DNA of 63,707 bases, filler included, from Nemertoderma westbladi (taxonomy: Eukaryota > Animalia > Xenacoelomorpha), in assembly GCA_032718475.1 (NCBI GenBank). It is 3 parts of 3 records of this genome, joined end to end, with 100 filler letters (N's around TTAATTAATTAA, not from the genome) between each part and the next. Parts side by side here need not be neighbours in the genome. Positions count along the whole stretch, not along the records: positions 1 to 25,982 come from JAUCBJ010003321.1; 2 more parts are not named here. One strand, 5' to 3'. The notes below the pieces were generated by a model, which made no database searches, was not told the DNA's origin, and saw only the letters and a program-made list of their open reading frames with translations. This document shows positions 12,043-24,925 of the stretch, in pieces (within the stretch, counting starts at the first letter, position 1; the number at the start of each line of letters is the position of its first letter). A program made the position numbers and the translations under genes.

Positions 12043-14543
12043 AAATACCGGCTCGGTCGTCGCCCGAGTCAACAAGGACCGCGTCCCTCAGTGGTACACC
12101 AGGCTGGGGTCGATAAATTGGCTACTGGAACTGAACACAGAGAAGAAAGAAGAACCAACCTGTTGAAATGTAAAAAGACACTCAAGATTGCTACAATGAA
12201 CGCATGCACGCTGAAAGCACATACTGTACCAAACAGGGTGACATGGTCGCTCTGGCAATGGAATATAACATCGACACAACATCATCTACATCCAAGAACA
12301 TCGGATTTGTCATGAAGACACTGCCATGAAGTACAGTGACATTGGAGGTGGATGGAAGTTAGTAACAAGCTCAGCAGTAAGAAACTCGGCCAATGCATCA
12401 ATTGGTGGAGTAGGAATTCTGATAAGCCCATTTGCACTTAAGACACTAAACAACATCGAATCTATAAATTTCAGGGTTATGATCGCAACATTTGATGGGA
12501 ATCCCAAGGCAACAGTTATATGTTGCTACAGTCCAACCAATGCTTCAGAGCCAGAACAAGCAGTCAAGTTTTATGAAGAACTGACTGTACTTATAAAGGA
12601 CATTCCGAAACACAATGTTAAAGTCATTGCTGGTGACCTGAATGCGCAAATTGGCCCAGAAGACATCAAGGGTTACACCTATAACACCAGTTCTAACAGA
12701 AATGGGTACTTACTTTTACACCTAATGGAAGAATGTGAATTGATACCAACAAACAACACATTCGAAAAGAGTAAGGGGAAGCTATGGACCTGTCAGTACC
12801 TTAATGGAACCAAAGCACAACTGGATTACATCCTTATAAACAAAAAGTGGTGAAACAGCATGATCAACTGCGAGGCATACAGCTCGTTCGACCTAATTGG
12901 TTCGGAACACAGAATTGTGACTGCAGAGATCAGACTCAGTTTGAGAGCCAGCAAACCCATGACAAGCAAGCAATCAATTATGACTGGGAGAAACTCAGGA
13001 CTGACAATGCAGTAAAGGATGCTTACACAGTAGAAGTTCAAAACCGCTTTGCCTGCCGAACTCCAAAGAAGCATTAAAAGCATGTCCAATATTAGAGTGA
13101 GTGGATTAGATTAAATCCCAGCGGAGGTATGGAAAACAGGAACATGAGTGCTAAACAGACCATTATTGAATGTTTGCAACCGGATGTTAAAAGGGGAAAA
13201 GCCACCACCAATTTGGACTAAAGGTGAACTAAAGCCTCTCCCCAAGAAAGGAGACCTCGACATACCAACAAACTACCGTGGGATCTGTCTGCTTGTGGTA
13301 GCTGCCAAAATATACAATGAAATGATTCTATTTAGGATTAGGCCTCACATAGAGAAACTACTGCGTAAGAGCCAAAACGGATTTCGACCAAGTAGATCAG
13401 ATACCTCAGATACTTGCACTATGGAGACTGATTGAAGGAATTAAGTCAAAGAATCTCCCTGCAGTCATGACTTTTGTGGACTTCAAGAAGGCCTTCGACT
13501 CCATCCATAGAGGTAAAATGCTTGAAATCCTGAGAGCTTATGGAATACCAGAAGTAATTGTTGCTGGCATTGGATTGTTATATTGTGACACAGAAGCACA
13601 GGTACTCTCACCATATGGTGAAACTGAGTTTTTCTCAATCCTGGCTGGCGTACTGCAAGGTGACACATTAGCACCATTACTATTTGTAACTGTGCTGGAT
13701 TACGCAATGAGGACTGCCACAAAGGGTGAAGATCTGGGATTCACACTTCAAGAACGCAGAAGTAGTAGATATCCGGCAACTACAGTCACAGACACCGACT
13801 TTGCGGATGACATCGCCCTGTTCTCTAACACGCTAGCAGATGCACAGCTCCTACTAAATAAAGTGGAGAGGGCTGCTAAGGAGGTTGGATTGCATATAAA
13901 TGCTACCAATACCGTATTCATGTCCTTTAATGTTGATGGAAACTTGACAACCATTGATAATAATCAACTAAGGAAGGTCGACGACTTCCAGTACCTTGGA
14001 TCATGGATAGAGAGTAGCAAAAAGGACATAGAAGTTAGGAAAGCAAAGGCTTGGGCAGCTCTATCAAAAATGGATACCATCTGGAAATCAGATCTCTTCA
14101 GGCACCTGAAGACTAAGTTCTTTCGAGCCACAGTGAAAGTGTATTTTTATACAGGGGTGAGACCTGGACGCTGACTAAATCACTTGAACAACGGATTGAT
14201 GGTACACAAGACTACTAAGGGCAGCCCTAAACATCAGCTGGAGGCAACACATGACAAACGCCGAGCTTTATGGTACAATAGCACCTGTATCAACCACCCT
14301 CCGTGAACACAGATTAAGATTCAGTGGGCACTGCTGGCAAAGTAAAGACGAGGTCATACCAGATCTACTTCTCTGGCAACCAACTCATTAAAAGAGTAGT
14401 CGTAACAGCCGGCCATAACATATATAGATCAACTTGAAAGGGGTACTAAACTTGGGAGAAACGAAATTGCGACAACTATGGAGAATCGGGAAGCCTGGAA
14501 AGATCTCATTTCCACTGTCCGAGTTCGCTCGACCTAGTAGTAG
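12043..14543 (+). mobile_element. RTE-clade LINE (endonuclease and RT, internally deleted, frameshifted)
   Basis: Endonuclease motifs KIATMN, GGVGILIS, CYSPTN, GDLNAQIG, QLDYILI. RT motifs NYRGI, FVDFKKAFDS, GVLQGDTLAP, DFADD. (TAG)3 tail. 14-bp TSD TACACAAGATATAC (12029-12042 and 14544-14557). Confidence 0.95.
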
Positions 14544-17489
14544 TACACAAGATATACGTAATCGATTTATTAGAATATTTACAACTACACAAAATAATAT
14601 CAGTGAGACCACCGACCCTTGCCTAACACCGTTCGATATTGAAAATGTATCTGAATTATTATTATATATTCCATCGCACATGACACGATTGATTAACATA
14701 TATGTATAATAAGCACTGCAAAAAAGAACACAAAACCTTTTTTTAGTAGTTCTAAAAACAATTTCTTCCAATTAACTAGGCTTGGTGAAATCCAACAAAC
14801 AACCGAAAACAGGAGTGTTATTGCGTTTGTAGTAACCTATTACCTCAGTGGCCGTACAAGTACGCATAACAGTGCTGGACTTAGCCTGAAAGCCAAATTG
14901 AAGTTCATCTAAAATAAGTTTATATCTTTCTGAGTTATTAACAGCACCCATTCAAATACTTTCAAAATTAGAGATGCAATAGGTATAGCTCTATAATTAT
15001 TCGTGCATGCTATACTACTTAATTTATTCTTAACTAGTGGCACCATTGCATTGCAATCGTTAAAAGACACTTAGATAAAAACCCATGAAACAAAAATGCA
15101 TTAAAAAGAATTGCCAGATGGGTTTCAAAGTTAACACCACCATAAATAAGTGCACCGGAATCAAAACCGTGGGAAACATCTGATTTGCCTACCTTTAAAT
15201 GTTGCAAAGCATCATGAATACACTCTACGGTAATGGAACAAAATGAACGACTACCATCCTGCAGCCTGTCGTTAATTTCAGACGTAATACCGCCTACATC
15301 AACTGTATCACTCCGATTATATAACTCATTATAAATATTAGCACACTTTTCTGCAATTTCTTGGGGATCTGTCTCCCCTTCTATGGAATCACTGACAACA
15401 TTACCATTCCCCCACAATTTTCGTATTTCATCAAAAATCGCGGTGTTCCCATTCAGTAATGCCTTTAACAGCTTGTCACGCTGTATTCGATTCGTCGAGT
15501 TTTGCAACCAACGAATCGCATATTAATATTGAAGCCTTGTACGTTGACGTATATAAAATAAATTATTAGTACTCCCATTAGGTCTACCGCCAGCCACCCA
15601 CACGCTTTGCCAAAAAACCGCTTCATCTTTGTACGGCTTAACGTGTTCTATCCACCCTGGTAACACCCGATTAGCATCAGTTGAACCACGAGATGCTTCA
15701 CCTCCCGTCATAGGTAATGCATGAGATGCATTCTCTAAAGCATCCATAATTTGTAATGCATAATTCTCTAAAAATATAGTATGTTCTGTACAGGCGCAAA
15801 TTATATTATTACACTCTATCATAGGTAAATTAAATTGAATTTTAGACAGATTTTCCTTCAATAGTCTAACACCGTACTCCTTTCGCTGGGTATCAGTTGC
15901 TCTATTATAATGAAATTTCCTCGGAAATTTAGTATCTGTGACTTCAAAATTTAAGTCATTAGTATGGAATTTTATATACACCGGAAAATGCCAGGATAGG
16001 TTACAACCAGAATTTACTACATCGCATTCATAACAGTATCACTATTGTATCACTAACAAGAAAATGATCCAATACTGATTTATTAATTGCACCCGAATCA
16101 GTACACACCAAGTATGTATAGTCAACCAGGAATTCTTCCCGTAAAATATTTAGTGACAATTCCAAAATAACATCTTTAACCATTCGCACCTGTAGAGATT
16201 GGCGCGAAAAATCGCTATTTAGATCACCACACATAATAACATTACTAGTATTGGAATTCCGAACTAATTCCTTCACACAGTTAAGCACCTCAAGTAATTC
16301 ATCAGATACCGTTGATGCGGACTGCGAATCAACGGGAAAATACGAGTTGATCAGTATTATACTCTTGTTCGGTAATATTAGTTTAATAGCCTGTACCCGC
16401 TTGCTACCAGTATCAATTGGAGACACATATTTGGCATATTACTTTTGTAAATAATACACAAACCCCCACTGGGTCTCCCATGGTGTACCACATTCTCATT
16501 TAAATACAACGCGGGCTTAAAAATAAACTTACAATTTGGAAAAGCATCACGAATCTTATAGGAGATACTCTTTAACAAAAAGTGTTCTTGCAAACAAACA
16601 ATGTTGGCACCCAACAGTAGGGTTTTAATATGCTCGATCTTATCTTGACCAAACCCTGTAGAATTATGCGACATGACAGTAAGGTCACCATGGCTTTCGT
16701 TGGAGGACGCCATTGTAGTGTTAATAAAGAAAACTGGTTAGGGTTACTTGAACTAAATATATAAAATAAACAACATAAACGATCACCAAACAACCTATTG
16801 CCCCGGACTTTGGGGCACATCACCAGCACCACTAGGATGAACTTCCTCATTCCCCATTGGACCACGAGGAGCGTTTCCCCTGGTCGTGCTTAGGACCACG
16901 CCTAACCTGGGACCTGAACGACGGAAAGAATGCATCCATTTCCGTATGAAAACACCCTGTGGCCAGATACTCGGATCCAAGACCTTGGAGGAGAAGTTCC
17001 CTGGAATTGAAACTTTGAAGCTACTCTATCCTTGCATTTTGCATTCTCCTGCTACTTTCTCTCCACGTTCTTCAACTCAACTCTGATCTTACTGAACACG
17101 AGACAGTCCATGACTTCTTGTGCCGTTGTATCACTACTGAGATGAGAAAGGAAAATATCACACGGTGCAGCCCGTAGTTTATAAGTGCTGGCTCCACCGC
17201 CTCACGTACCGACTACTTTATCATGTATACGTCTCTGTGGAGGTGGAGGAGCGCGCTGTTTCTGATATGAGACCACTGTAAAACCATCGTTTTCCTGATC
17301 CCTATGCTCGTTAAGACGTGGATGTTTATTGCTACCTCTAGTTGACTGGGTGTATGCCCTAGATGGCATCACCGTCGCACTCCAAGCAGCACCAGAAACC
17401 CTGTTACATGGGCCTTGTGTTGCCCCAGAACCACGATTTAGCTCCTGTGCGATATCCCTAAATGAATGGGAAGTTGGCGGTGGAATTAG

Positions 17490-18616
17490 AAGACCGCGAT
17501 GGTTTCTGATACCAGCTCCTGAACCCAATGAAACTGAGAGATTTAAGAGACTGAGAGAATTAAGCAGAAACTGTGAACTACTGCGATCCCAATCGAATGG
17601 ACTATTAACAGAACCATGCTGCAAACGACTACAACAATGCATGGGACAAGTCAAATGATAGAATGATGAAGAATATATGAACCGATGCGATATCATGGAA
17701 GGATTCTACATGATGGAACAAGATGATTACAACAAGTATTACATCATGTTGCTACGTCATAGGAGAATTCTGAACAGCATTCGAATGAACCTGATAAAAT
17801 AAGTTATTCGGAGTTGCGACACAGTGAGTCACACTGCAGGGATAAATGTGGAATGTTAGAACAAACTGTAATGGAGTTAATACGAAAGGACAAAGAAAAT
17901 CAAAGGAAGTTGAGGGAACAAGTAATTATAAACAAGCAACAATTAGATGAGGCTCTAATGGCAGCCAGAGAGATCCGACTTGAGCAACGGACGTTTCAAA
18001 GAATCATGAAAGCAAAGAAGTGGATCATCGTATCGAGATCCAATCGAGGAACATCGTATGGAACAGCTATATTGAAACCCAGGTTGTCGATTTTGTGGAA
18101 GTTGGCATCATATTAAGTTAGCTTGCATTGCTAAAGAAACAGGAGTTACGCAGTGCAAATATTGTGATAGATTCGATCATTTATTAGTGACATGTAACTG
18201 GATAAATACGCATTGTGCACTATGTGGATTCAGAGGACATAAGAGTCAGAATGTCACAAGAGGAATTCGGATGAATGGTTGACGACGTTTGAGTCATTCG
18301 CAGCCGGAGGAAAGATTACATACCGAAGGAATCAAATACAGGGATTCATCTCGGATTATATTTCTGTACGGATGTACAATAATGATGCATATGGAGGAAT
18401 TGAACAAACTTCACTAGTCACTATCTGATGGCAGCATCGGTGAAAGTAAGCACAGAGAGAATTCAAAACGAAATCACATCAGCGCGAACAACAGAATTAA
18501 ATGAACTTGGTCGATTGCTACTACTAAACATGTCAAGCACATATATATTAAACAGCGACAAACACACGATGAAGACTTGGAAGAAACAGACTTTCAAGAA
18601 ACAGAAACGTTATTAA
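17490..18616 (+). pseudogene. Decayed Gag-like ORF with a coiled-coil region and two CCHC zinc knuckles
   Basis: About 18154-18255 reads CKYCDRFDHLLVTC..CALCGFRGHKSQ (CX2CX4HX4C twice, the second frameshifted). Upstream are heptad-rich ORF fragments. Confidence 0.55.
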
Positions 18617-19229
18617 AGACCCCATAGCAAGCAGCTTACATAGCGAGCAGTAATTACTTACGTAATAAGAAGAAATCCTTTATAGCGATATAGCCTAAAC
18701 GATTACATCAACGGAAAATGAATTATGTACATATTTTGAACATTTATATAACTCTAGGCACGTTATGACTTTACAGGACTATAAAATAACTTTATAAGAT
18801 TGTGATATAATCATTTGTTGATTTTCAGGATTATTGAAAAGGAATTAATTGAGTTTATTTTCCTTAACTATCTTATTTTCACAGTTACTGGTAAACAAAT
18901 AAGTAAGTATATAGTATGGAAATGGTTAGTATGAAAATATGATATGACTTATTGAAGGTAAGTGAATCAATCATCGTGGGAGCATTGAAATCGCAATGCT
19001 CGCTTAAAATGTCTGATTTTTTTCGGTGGTTAAAGAATCCGAACCTGCAAACGACAAAGACACTGTTCAGAATAGTCTCAGGAAGATAAGTTGCTTGGGT
19101 ATAGTCATTGATTGATGCCGCCATATTGGAAGCATTGACAGCGGTCCCAATCCAAGACCACAATACATATGCATTACCTTTTGTTCCTGGACAGACCGAA
19201 ACCATGTGAGGAGATGCATGCGCCAACAG

Positions 19230-20240
19230 ACTAAAGGACTTCGAAGAACTGAAAACCATTCATATAAAAGCGGATCGTACTAAAGCGGAACAAAATGAAT
19301 ATAAACGTCTTTATGAAAAACGAGATGATATAATTAAGAGTGGTGAAAGGGCAGAAATCCCTTACAACAAATTGTTTGTCAATGACGTGGAGGTTGACAA
19401 AATCCAAACACCAAGTTATTTTTTCTAAATACTGGGTTAGCAGGTAACTCGTTATCTCATAATGTTAATATCAAACACTGGAATATTTTATCATAGAATA
19501 TTAAAGGTTTTTCTATTGTGAATAATCGAACTTTTAATACATTCTGTAGTAATTACAGTATTAAATATCTATCAGAAACTCATACTCTAGATCAACTATG
19601 GGGTCTAAAATTAAACACAGGCAAATATCTGTTGATTACCCTGATAAAGATTGCACTTAGCAATTTCCCAGAGGTGGCTTTCATCTGTCCTATTTACAGT
19701 CTCTTAAGGATTTTATTCGATAAGTTGAGTATTTTTATACAGACTGTAATGAAACTCAGTTTATTGGTGGCACCAGTCTTATTTTCACGTATATCTTTAC
19801 ACATGATATTGCTACGCAATAATGATGCTGGTATTCAGTCAAGACTTGCTAGGGATCTTAACTGTAGAATAGGGGAAATCAACGAAGTTTACCCGAATAT
19901 GTCTTACACATGTAACCCTGATTGTCGGACAAACCAAAATAATCTGAAAATAATCGACATTGCCAGGGAGACAGGAATTTTTCCACTTAGTCATTTAAAG
20001 TGGCAAGATCATTCCAATGCTGGGGGCTTCACCTTTCTGCATGGGAGTCGGCAGAGTCAGTTAGACTGTTGGTTCGTAAACAATATGATTAACTTAGGCA
20101 ACATTCGTCTAATTTTTCCTGATAACCACCCTCCAGTGTCTGACCACTTACCATTAAATATATGTTTCTCATTTGATACAAGATCACTATTAAACTATGC
20201 TCGATATTTAAAATCCAAATTAAACCACACTAAAAGACTA
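19230..20240 (+). pseudogene. LINE fragment: ORF1 C-terminus and AP endonuclease
   Basis: IHIKADRTKAEQNEYKRL..KLFVND, then NILS*NIKG, LSETH, DLNCRIG, FTF..SQLD and SDHLPL. Confidence 0.8.
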
Positions 20241-20273
20241 CTACTAGGATCGGCATGCTGCATTGCAGCTGCA
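20241..20273 (-). mobile_element. Helitron/Helentron-like terminal motif, second copy
   Basis: Exact reverse complement of 1479-1511. It abuts the truncated LINE on the left and the (CATA)n tract on the right. Confidence 0.5.
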
Positions 20274-20285
20274 ATAATATTCATG

Positions 20286-20493
20286 CATACATACATACAT
20301 ACCATACCATAACCATACATACATACATACCATACCATACATACATACATACATACATACATACATACATACATACATACACCCCTACATACATACATAC
20401 ATACATACATACATACATACATACATACATACATACATACATACATACATACATACATACATACATACATACATACATACATACATACATACA

Positions 20494-20523
<30 letters not shown>
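20286..20523. repeat. (CATA)n microsatellite
   Basis: About 55-60 units with a few CCATA interruptions. Confidence 0.98.
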
Positions 20524-20531
<8 letters not shown>

Positions 20532-20547
20532 TTTGTTATGGTTATAG

Positions 20548-20856
20548 CGACTATTGACATTTGTAAAGGAAGGAATTATCTACAAAGATAAAGGCGAAAA
20601 AAAATCGAAACTATATTGGGGAGAAATCAAATCCACCGGAGAGAACAAAAACATATTGAGCATAACACGAAATTGTTCCTTAATACAGAAAAACAAAGAA
20701 AAAATCTACGCCCTAGACGAGTTCACGGCAGAACCAATAACCACAACTCGTGTAGTACATGGAATTCAGTTAATGAAAAAGGGCAAAAGGAAGGATAAGT
20801 TTTGGTTCGAAAGTAATGAACTCAGGAACCAATTTCTGAAAGTTATTAAGGGTTAG
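20548..20856 (+). CDS. PH-domain terminal exon, copy 2 (possibly a pseudogene)
   Basis: Same acceptor context (TTATGGTTATAG|CGA) as copy 1. It has an in-frame 18-nt loop deletion, the conserved Trp replaced by Phe, and an earlier TAG. Homology to copy 1 extends to about 21055. Confidence 0.6.
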   Translation, partial: RLLTFVKEGIIYKDKGEKKSKLYWGEIKSTGENKNILSITRNCSLIQKNKEKIYALDEFTAEPITTTRVVHGIQLMKKGKRKDKFWFESNELRNQFLKVIKG

Positions 20857-21448
20857 GAATCTATCGTCTTCCAGTGAATAGTGTTTGCGTAACGTAGGTT
20901 GATATTCATGCTGGACATAATTTCAAGATCAACTGAAAGAAAAAATAATATGAATATAACATAAATTTAATACAAAAACCTATTTATTATTTTAAAAAAT
21001 GTAGGGCCTAGTCCATGACTTTCTTTTTAAATTGTTAGTTATACTGTAGGTTAGTTATAGGCATGCCATGGTAGACCCCTTGTGAAACTTAATCTCGACT
21101 CAACATAGAGTGTATGGAGGGGGATGTTCTTAGCGATAATTTAAAAATTTTGGTTTGGATTAGTTAAGTTTGATCAACTTTCAGTTTCAGCATCCCGTTA
21201 CTGCTGTAGATCCCTGACCGTCTGAGTCTGTATATCTTTCGTACTGCTAGGTGACACATTGGTCCCATTCCATTTCTATTCAAATTTGTATAGGAACGTC
21301 GAACTTGAAAGTTGATCGGAATGGTGTATTATTGCAAATTGGTTGTCCTTAAACGTAAAGTAGACAGTCTACTCTTTATACAGCAATTATCCACGTAATC
21401 ACTCCTTGAAAATTGTAACCATGTGAGATACCTGTCCCAGGTATCTCC

Positions 21449-21690
21449 ATTGATTGACAAAATGTCTGGCAAAAGTTTATAAATTTTCACAGTTGAATTT
21501 GCGTGTGGCCTTCGAGAAGCTAAGATAATAGCAGTTAATTAAATAAATTAAAATTAATTAAGTTGGTTTGGGTAAAAACAGCATTTTCAACATGACTTTT
21601 AATGGAAATTATTTATTTTATAGTATAAGATATAAATAATTATACTTAAAAATTATACAGCTATAATCCCCATACCCCATTCCATTATAG
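21449..21690 (+). repeat. Dispersed repeat fragment of the Helentron-like family
   Basis: Matches about 32655-32872 (GTGTGGCCTTCGAGAAGCTAAGATAATAGC ... CATACCCCATT). Confidence 0.75.
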
Positions 21691-21998
21691 TTTTGAATTA
21701 ATTCCCAGACCAACCACCAGCTCACCACTACTCATTAGGCAGCACTGTAATGAGCCAGACCTTGCCTTGCTTATAGGGTTTACCTTACAAAATGATTGGC
21801 TGAGTATTTGATCGTGATTCTTTAGATATTAGCTAAATAATTTCGTTGAGGCGTTGACATGATAAATTAATATCTCAGAATCAATACTATCGGCATAAGG
21901 TAAGTTTTTATATTTCTTACAAATTGGGTCGCCTCCACGCCTAAAATATTTATTATATTACTTCATGAGTTTAACATGTTACCAATAACATGAGTTTA

Positions 21999-22030
<32 letters not shown>

Positions 22031-22589
22031 TTTATTCCAATCTCTTTGATTTACTGGTGTTTGATTAAATTCCTTAAATACCAAAGTCAATGCCCTTTTA
22101 TTTATTTGTGTGGAATTAATTTCGCACTATCAAATCGCCAGTGCAACATATTTTCCAAGTTTACATCGCAGGGCGACATTATTTCTCAGTATGTCCCTAC
22201 GCCATACATTTACTATGTATTTCCAGTATATCCAGTACGTCACCGCGTGATTATTAGGTTGTTCTAGAAAGTGTGAGTGCATAAATACAAATAATTCCCC
22301 TCAAATAAATAAAATTAGATTCGCCATTGTTCATAATTAGCACATAAAGATTTTACGGCCTTCGTTCTATTATTTTCCTCGCTGTCGCTCGGGAAACTAA
22401 ATCACTCGTGCCGTAACGCTATAATGTGCTATTTTATGAAATAAATACATTGGAGTTGAGCTGTTAATGCAACTGTAATTAAAGATATAATACTATTTAT
22501 TAACTATTATGAACAATGACGTATTTTGATAATATCATCGCCTAGATATACTGCCTATACAATATATATATATATAAATTGCATGTGGC

Positions 22590-22762
22590 CGGCCAATCTA
22601 ATGCATGACCCATACCACAAGCGCTTGCCTACTAACATTGGTAATACTTTTCGACTATATAACACGGTAAACTCTTACGAAACAAGAAGTGCAACAGACC
22701 TTAATTACTTTATCCCTCGATTCCGAACCTTAAGAGCCCAAATGTCTTTCGAGAACAGGGGC
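22590..22762 (+). pseudogene. CR1/L2-type LINE ORF2 C-terminal fragment
   Basis: LPTNIGNTF..SYETRSATDLNYFIPRFRTLRAQMSFENRG. Confidence 0.6.
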
Positions 22763-22938
22763 TTTGTTACACGAACGAACGTTAGTGAGTGAGTGAAAAC
22801 CACGAGGATCAGAACACTGTAAAGTACTTTATTCCAAAATTGTAACATTACTCAACGACGTTAGTGTTCACAGCGAGAGCACTTTAGAGGACATAACAGC
22901 ATTGTATTGGCCTGTACATTTAGTATTGTATTTGGTGT

Positions 22939-23028
22939 TATTGTTTACCTGGTAACCCTTGACGCGTTAAGTAATGTCCACTAAGGGGACATTACTTAAC
23001 GCCGTCATTGGATACCACGTAAACAATA
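22939..23028. repeat. 90-bp near-perfect palindrome
   Basis: A perfect 16-bp inner stem (GCGTTAAGTAATGTCC/GGACATTACTTAACGC) and outer arms TATTGTTTAC/GTAAACAATA. Confidence 0.9.
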
Positions 23029-23891
23029 GGAGGAAATTTGCCTGACAGCCAGATAGGCCTACAGCATTACCTACCGGTAGGCGGGGTATAGATATTAATA
23101 ACCAGTAGTGCCTAGCTATATTATTATAACATGACTCCACACGCCACCATAAATATAAGCTAACTTATTTATAACATCATTTGTGTCATTTTTACATTTA
23201 TTTATACAGCAACTAATTTAATTTGTGCAGTTTCTATCACTTATAATATATATGTACACGAATCCGGTTGTTGAATTATCAATTTCTATTCATAATAAGG
23301 AAATTTGCGGCGCATTGAATTTAAGAACCACCTTAATGGCCCTTTACTTATACACTGAACGGTAAACGGTAACCATGGCTACAGTTTTATCTGTGTTAGG
23401 CTTCATAATGAACAGTTAACTACAATGTCAGCTTACTGTTGTTGGTTCTATTTGCACAGTGCGATTCCTCGCCCTGTGATTGGTTAAATTCTTAAATTGG
23501 ATTCATTATTGGTTTACCAGTATTTAAAGCTGAGTTTATATACCATAATTGTTGTAGATGATTTTAGGACTAACGGTATATTATTTAGTTCCCAGGCAAG
23601 TACCACTCCTCAAAGTGGCTACTATTTCTTACCAGTTTATTTATCACGGTTAATCTATCAATATTGCAACTACTGTAACATTAAAATATACAGTTTTATT
23701 GTTCTAAGCATTATTAACTCTTGTTTTATTGGTACTAACTGAAATGAAACTGCGTATAAAGACAATGTATCCACTAACGAACTAATCCCCTGCATAAGTT
23801 GACACTTCCCGCAACACTTAGTAAAGGAGCCCGGATTACACCCGGAATTGTGTATAGTAAGAAATAGTTGAATGCGGATAAGTGTTCAATT

Positions 23892-24083
23892 TTCTCAGCG
23901 CTGTTTCTCAACGCTGTTTCTCAACGCTGTTTCTCATCGCTGTTTCTCAACGCTGTTTCTCAACGCTGTTTCTCATCGCTGTTTCTCAACGCTGTTTCTC
24001 AATGCTGTTTCTCATCGCTGTTTCTCAACGCTGTTTCTCAACGCTGTTTCTCAACGCTGTTTCTCAACGCTGTTTCTCAACGC
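23892..24083. repeat. 13-bp tandem repeat, about 14-15 copies
   Basis: The unit is CGCTGTTTCTCAA. Confidence 0.97.
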
Positions 24084-24925
24084 TTAACTCTTCCACAAAC
24101 TCGTTCTGTTTCGAAAGTCATCTACAAACTGAGACGAAAAGGAAACTGGCTAAGTATCACCTTATGCTATTGATTGTGGTGCAATCGGTACTGTAGGCTG
24201 TATTTTTGCTTCATTTTCCTAGCCTCTCGAGCGTTTAGTCCTACCTTCTCCTTCCTTGTTCGGTGGTCCCAAATCACTACGAACCGGTCTCGGGGACCGG
24301 AGATCTGATTGGGCTAGGACTCCTTTTGGGCCAGATTGGTCTGCAAGAGGATATTACATTCCACGCGATCGCCGGAGGGTAAGAAGGTACCGCTACGATT
24401 ATCCTGATTTACTACGTGTTTACTAGTAAACCAGGCCCCTTTTAGGACCGGGGTCAGGTCTGAATCCCGTAAAGTATAATTTGCAACTTTTTATGATCTT
24501 AATTTTCTTTTTGAAAGTTAGGTATATAATTTATATTCTGACTCTTTTTCTATTGTAGGAGGCACCACCGACAACAATAGATTAGTTTTAAAGCTAATGC
24601 TGTATTTCAGTTTCTAATATTACACACATTGTATAGCTAAGTCTAGGCAACATTCAGGTTTAGCTAGCCAGACAATTTATTATCTAAATATTGTCTCTAA
24701 TCCCCCTATTGATAACATAAGTGATATGCATTTGTGGCGTATCACTAACAAATTTATTACATTTAATTAAATATAAAGTTATTTTTTCAGATTGCCAGTC
24801 AAGAGGGTAACTTAAGTTTATACAAATAAATACTTTAAAAAAAAATCCGTGTAAAAATCTGAAAAATTTAATTAAATTAATTAATTTTGGCAGACCTGCG
24901 AAATATTTATAATCGCTAACAAATA

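Larger units (their letters stand above)
10728..17490 (-). mobile_element. Near full-length decayed APE-type LINE (ORF1 and ORF2; CR1/L2/RTEX group, clade unresolved), host to two nested insertions
   Basis: ORF1 C-terminus DGFTVV..FKVSIP..LDPSIWPQGVFIRKW. Endonuclease motifs SHNSTG, CLQEH, GRPSGG, NSYFP, GDLNSDF, LDHFLV. Linker LPGWIEHVKP..FWQSVW. RT GVRQGSVVS..GCLAYAVD is split by the RTE insertion. (TAA)n tail at 10728-10742. Confidence 0.9.

Noticed and set aside
20195-20560. MYVC and HTYI repeat ORFs
   Set aside because: They are translations of the (CATA)n microsatellite.
24200-24600. Possible 5' LTR of the gag at 24926 (hairpins, GGTAAG donor, TGTAG acceptor)
   Set aside because: There is no second copy, clear TG..CA termini or PBS to define it.
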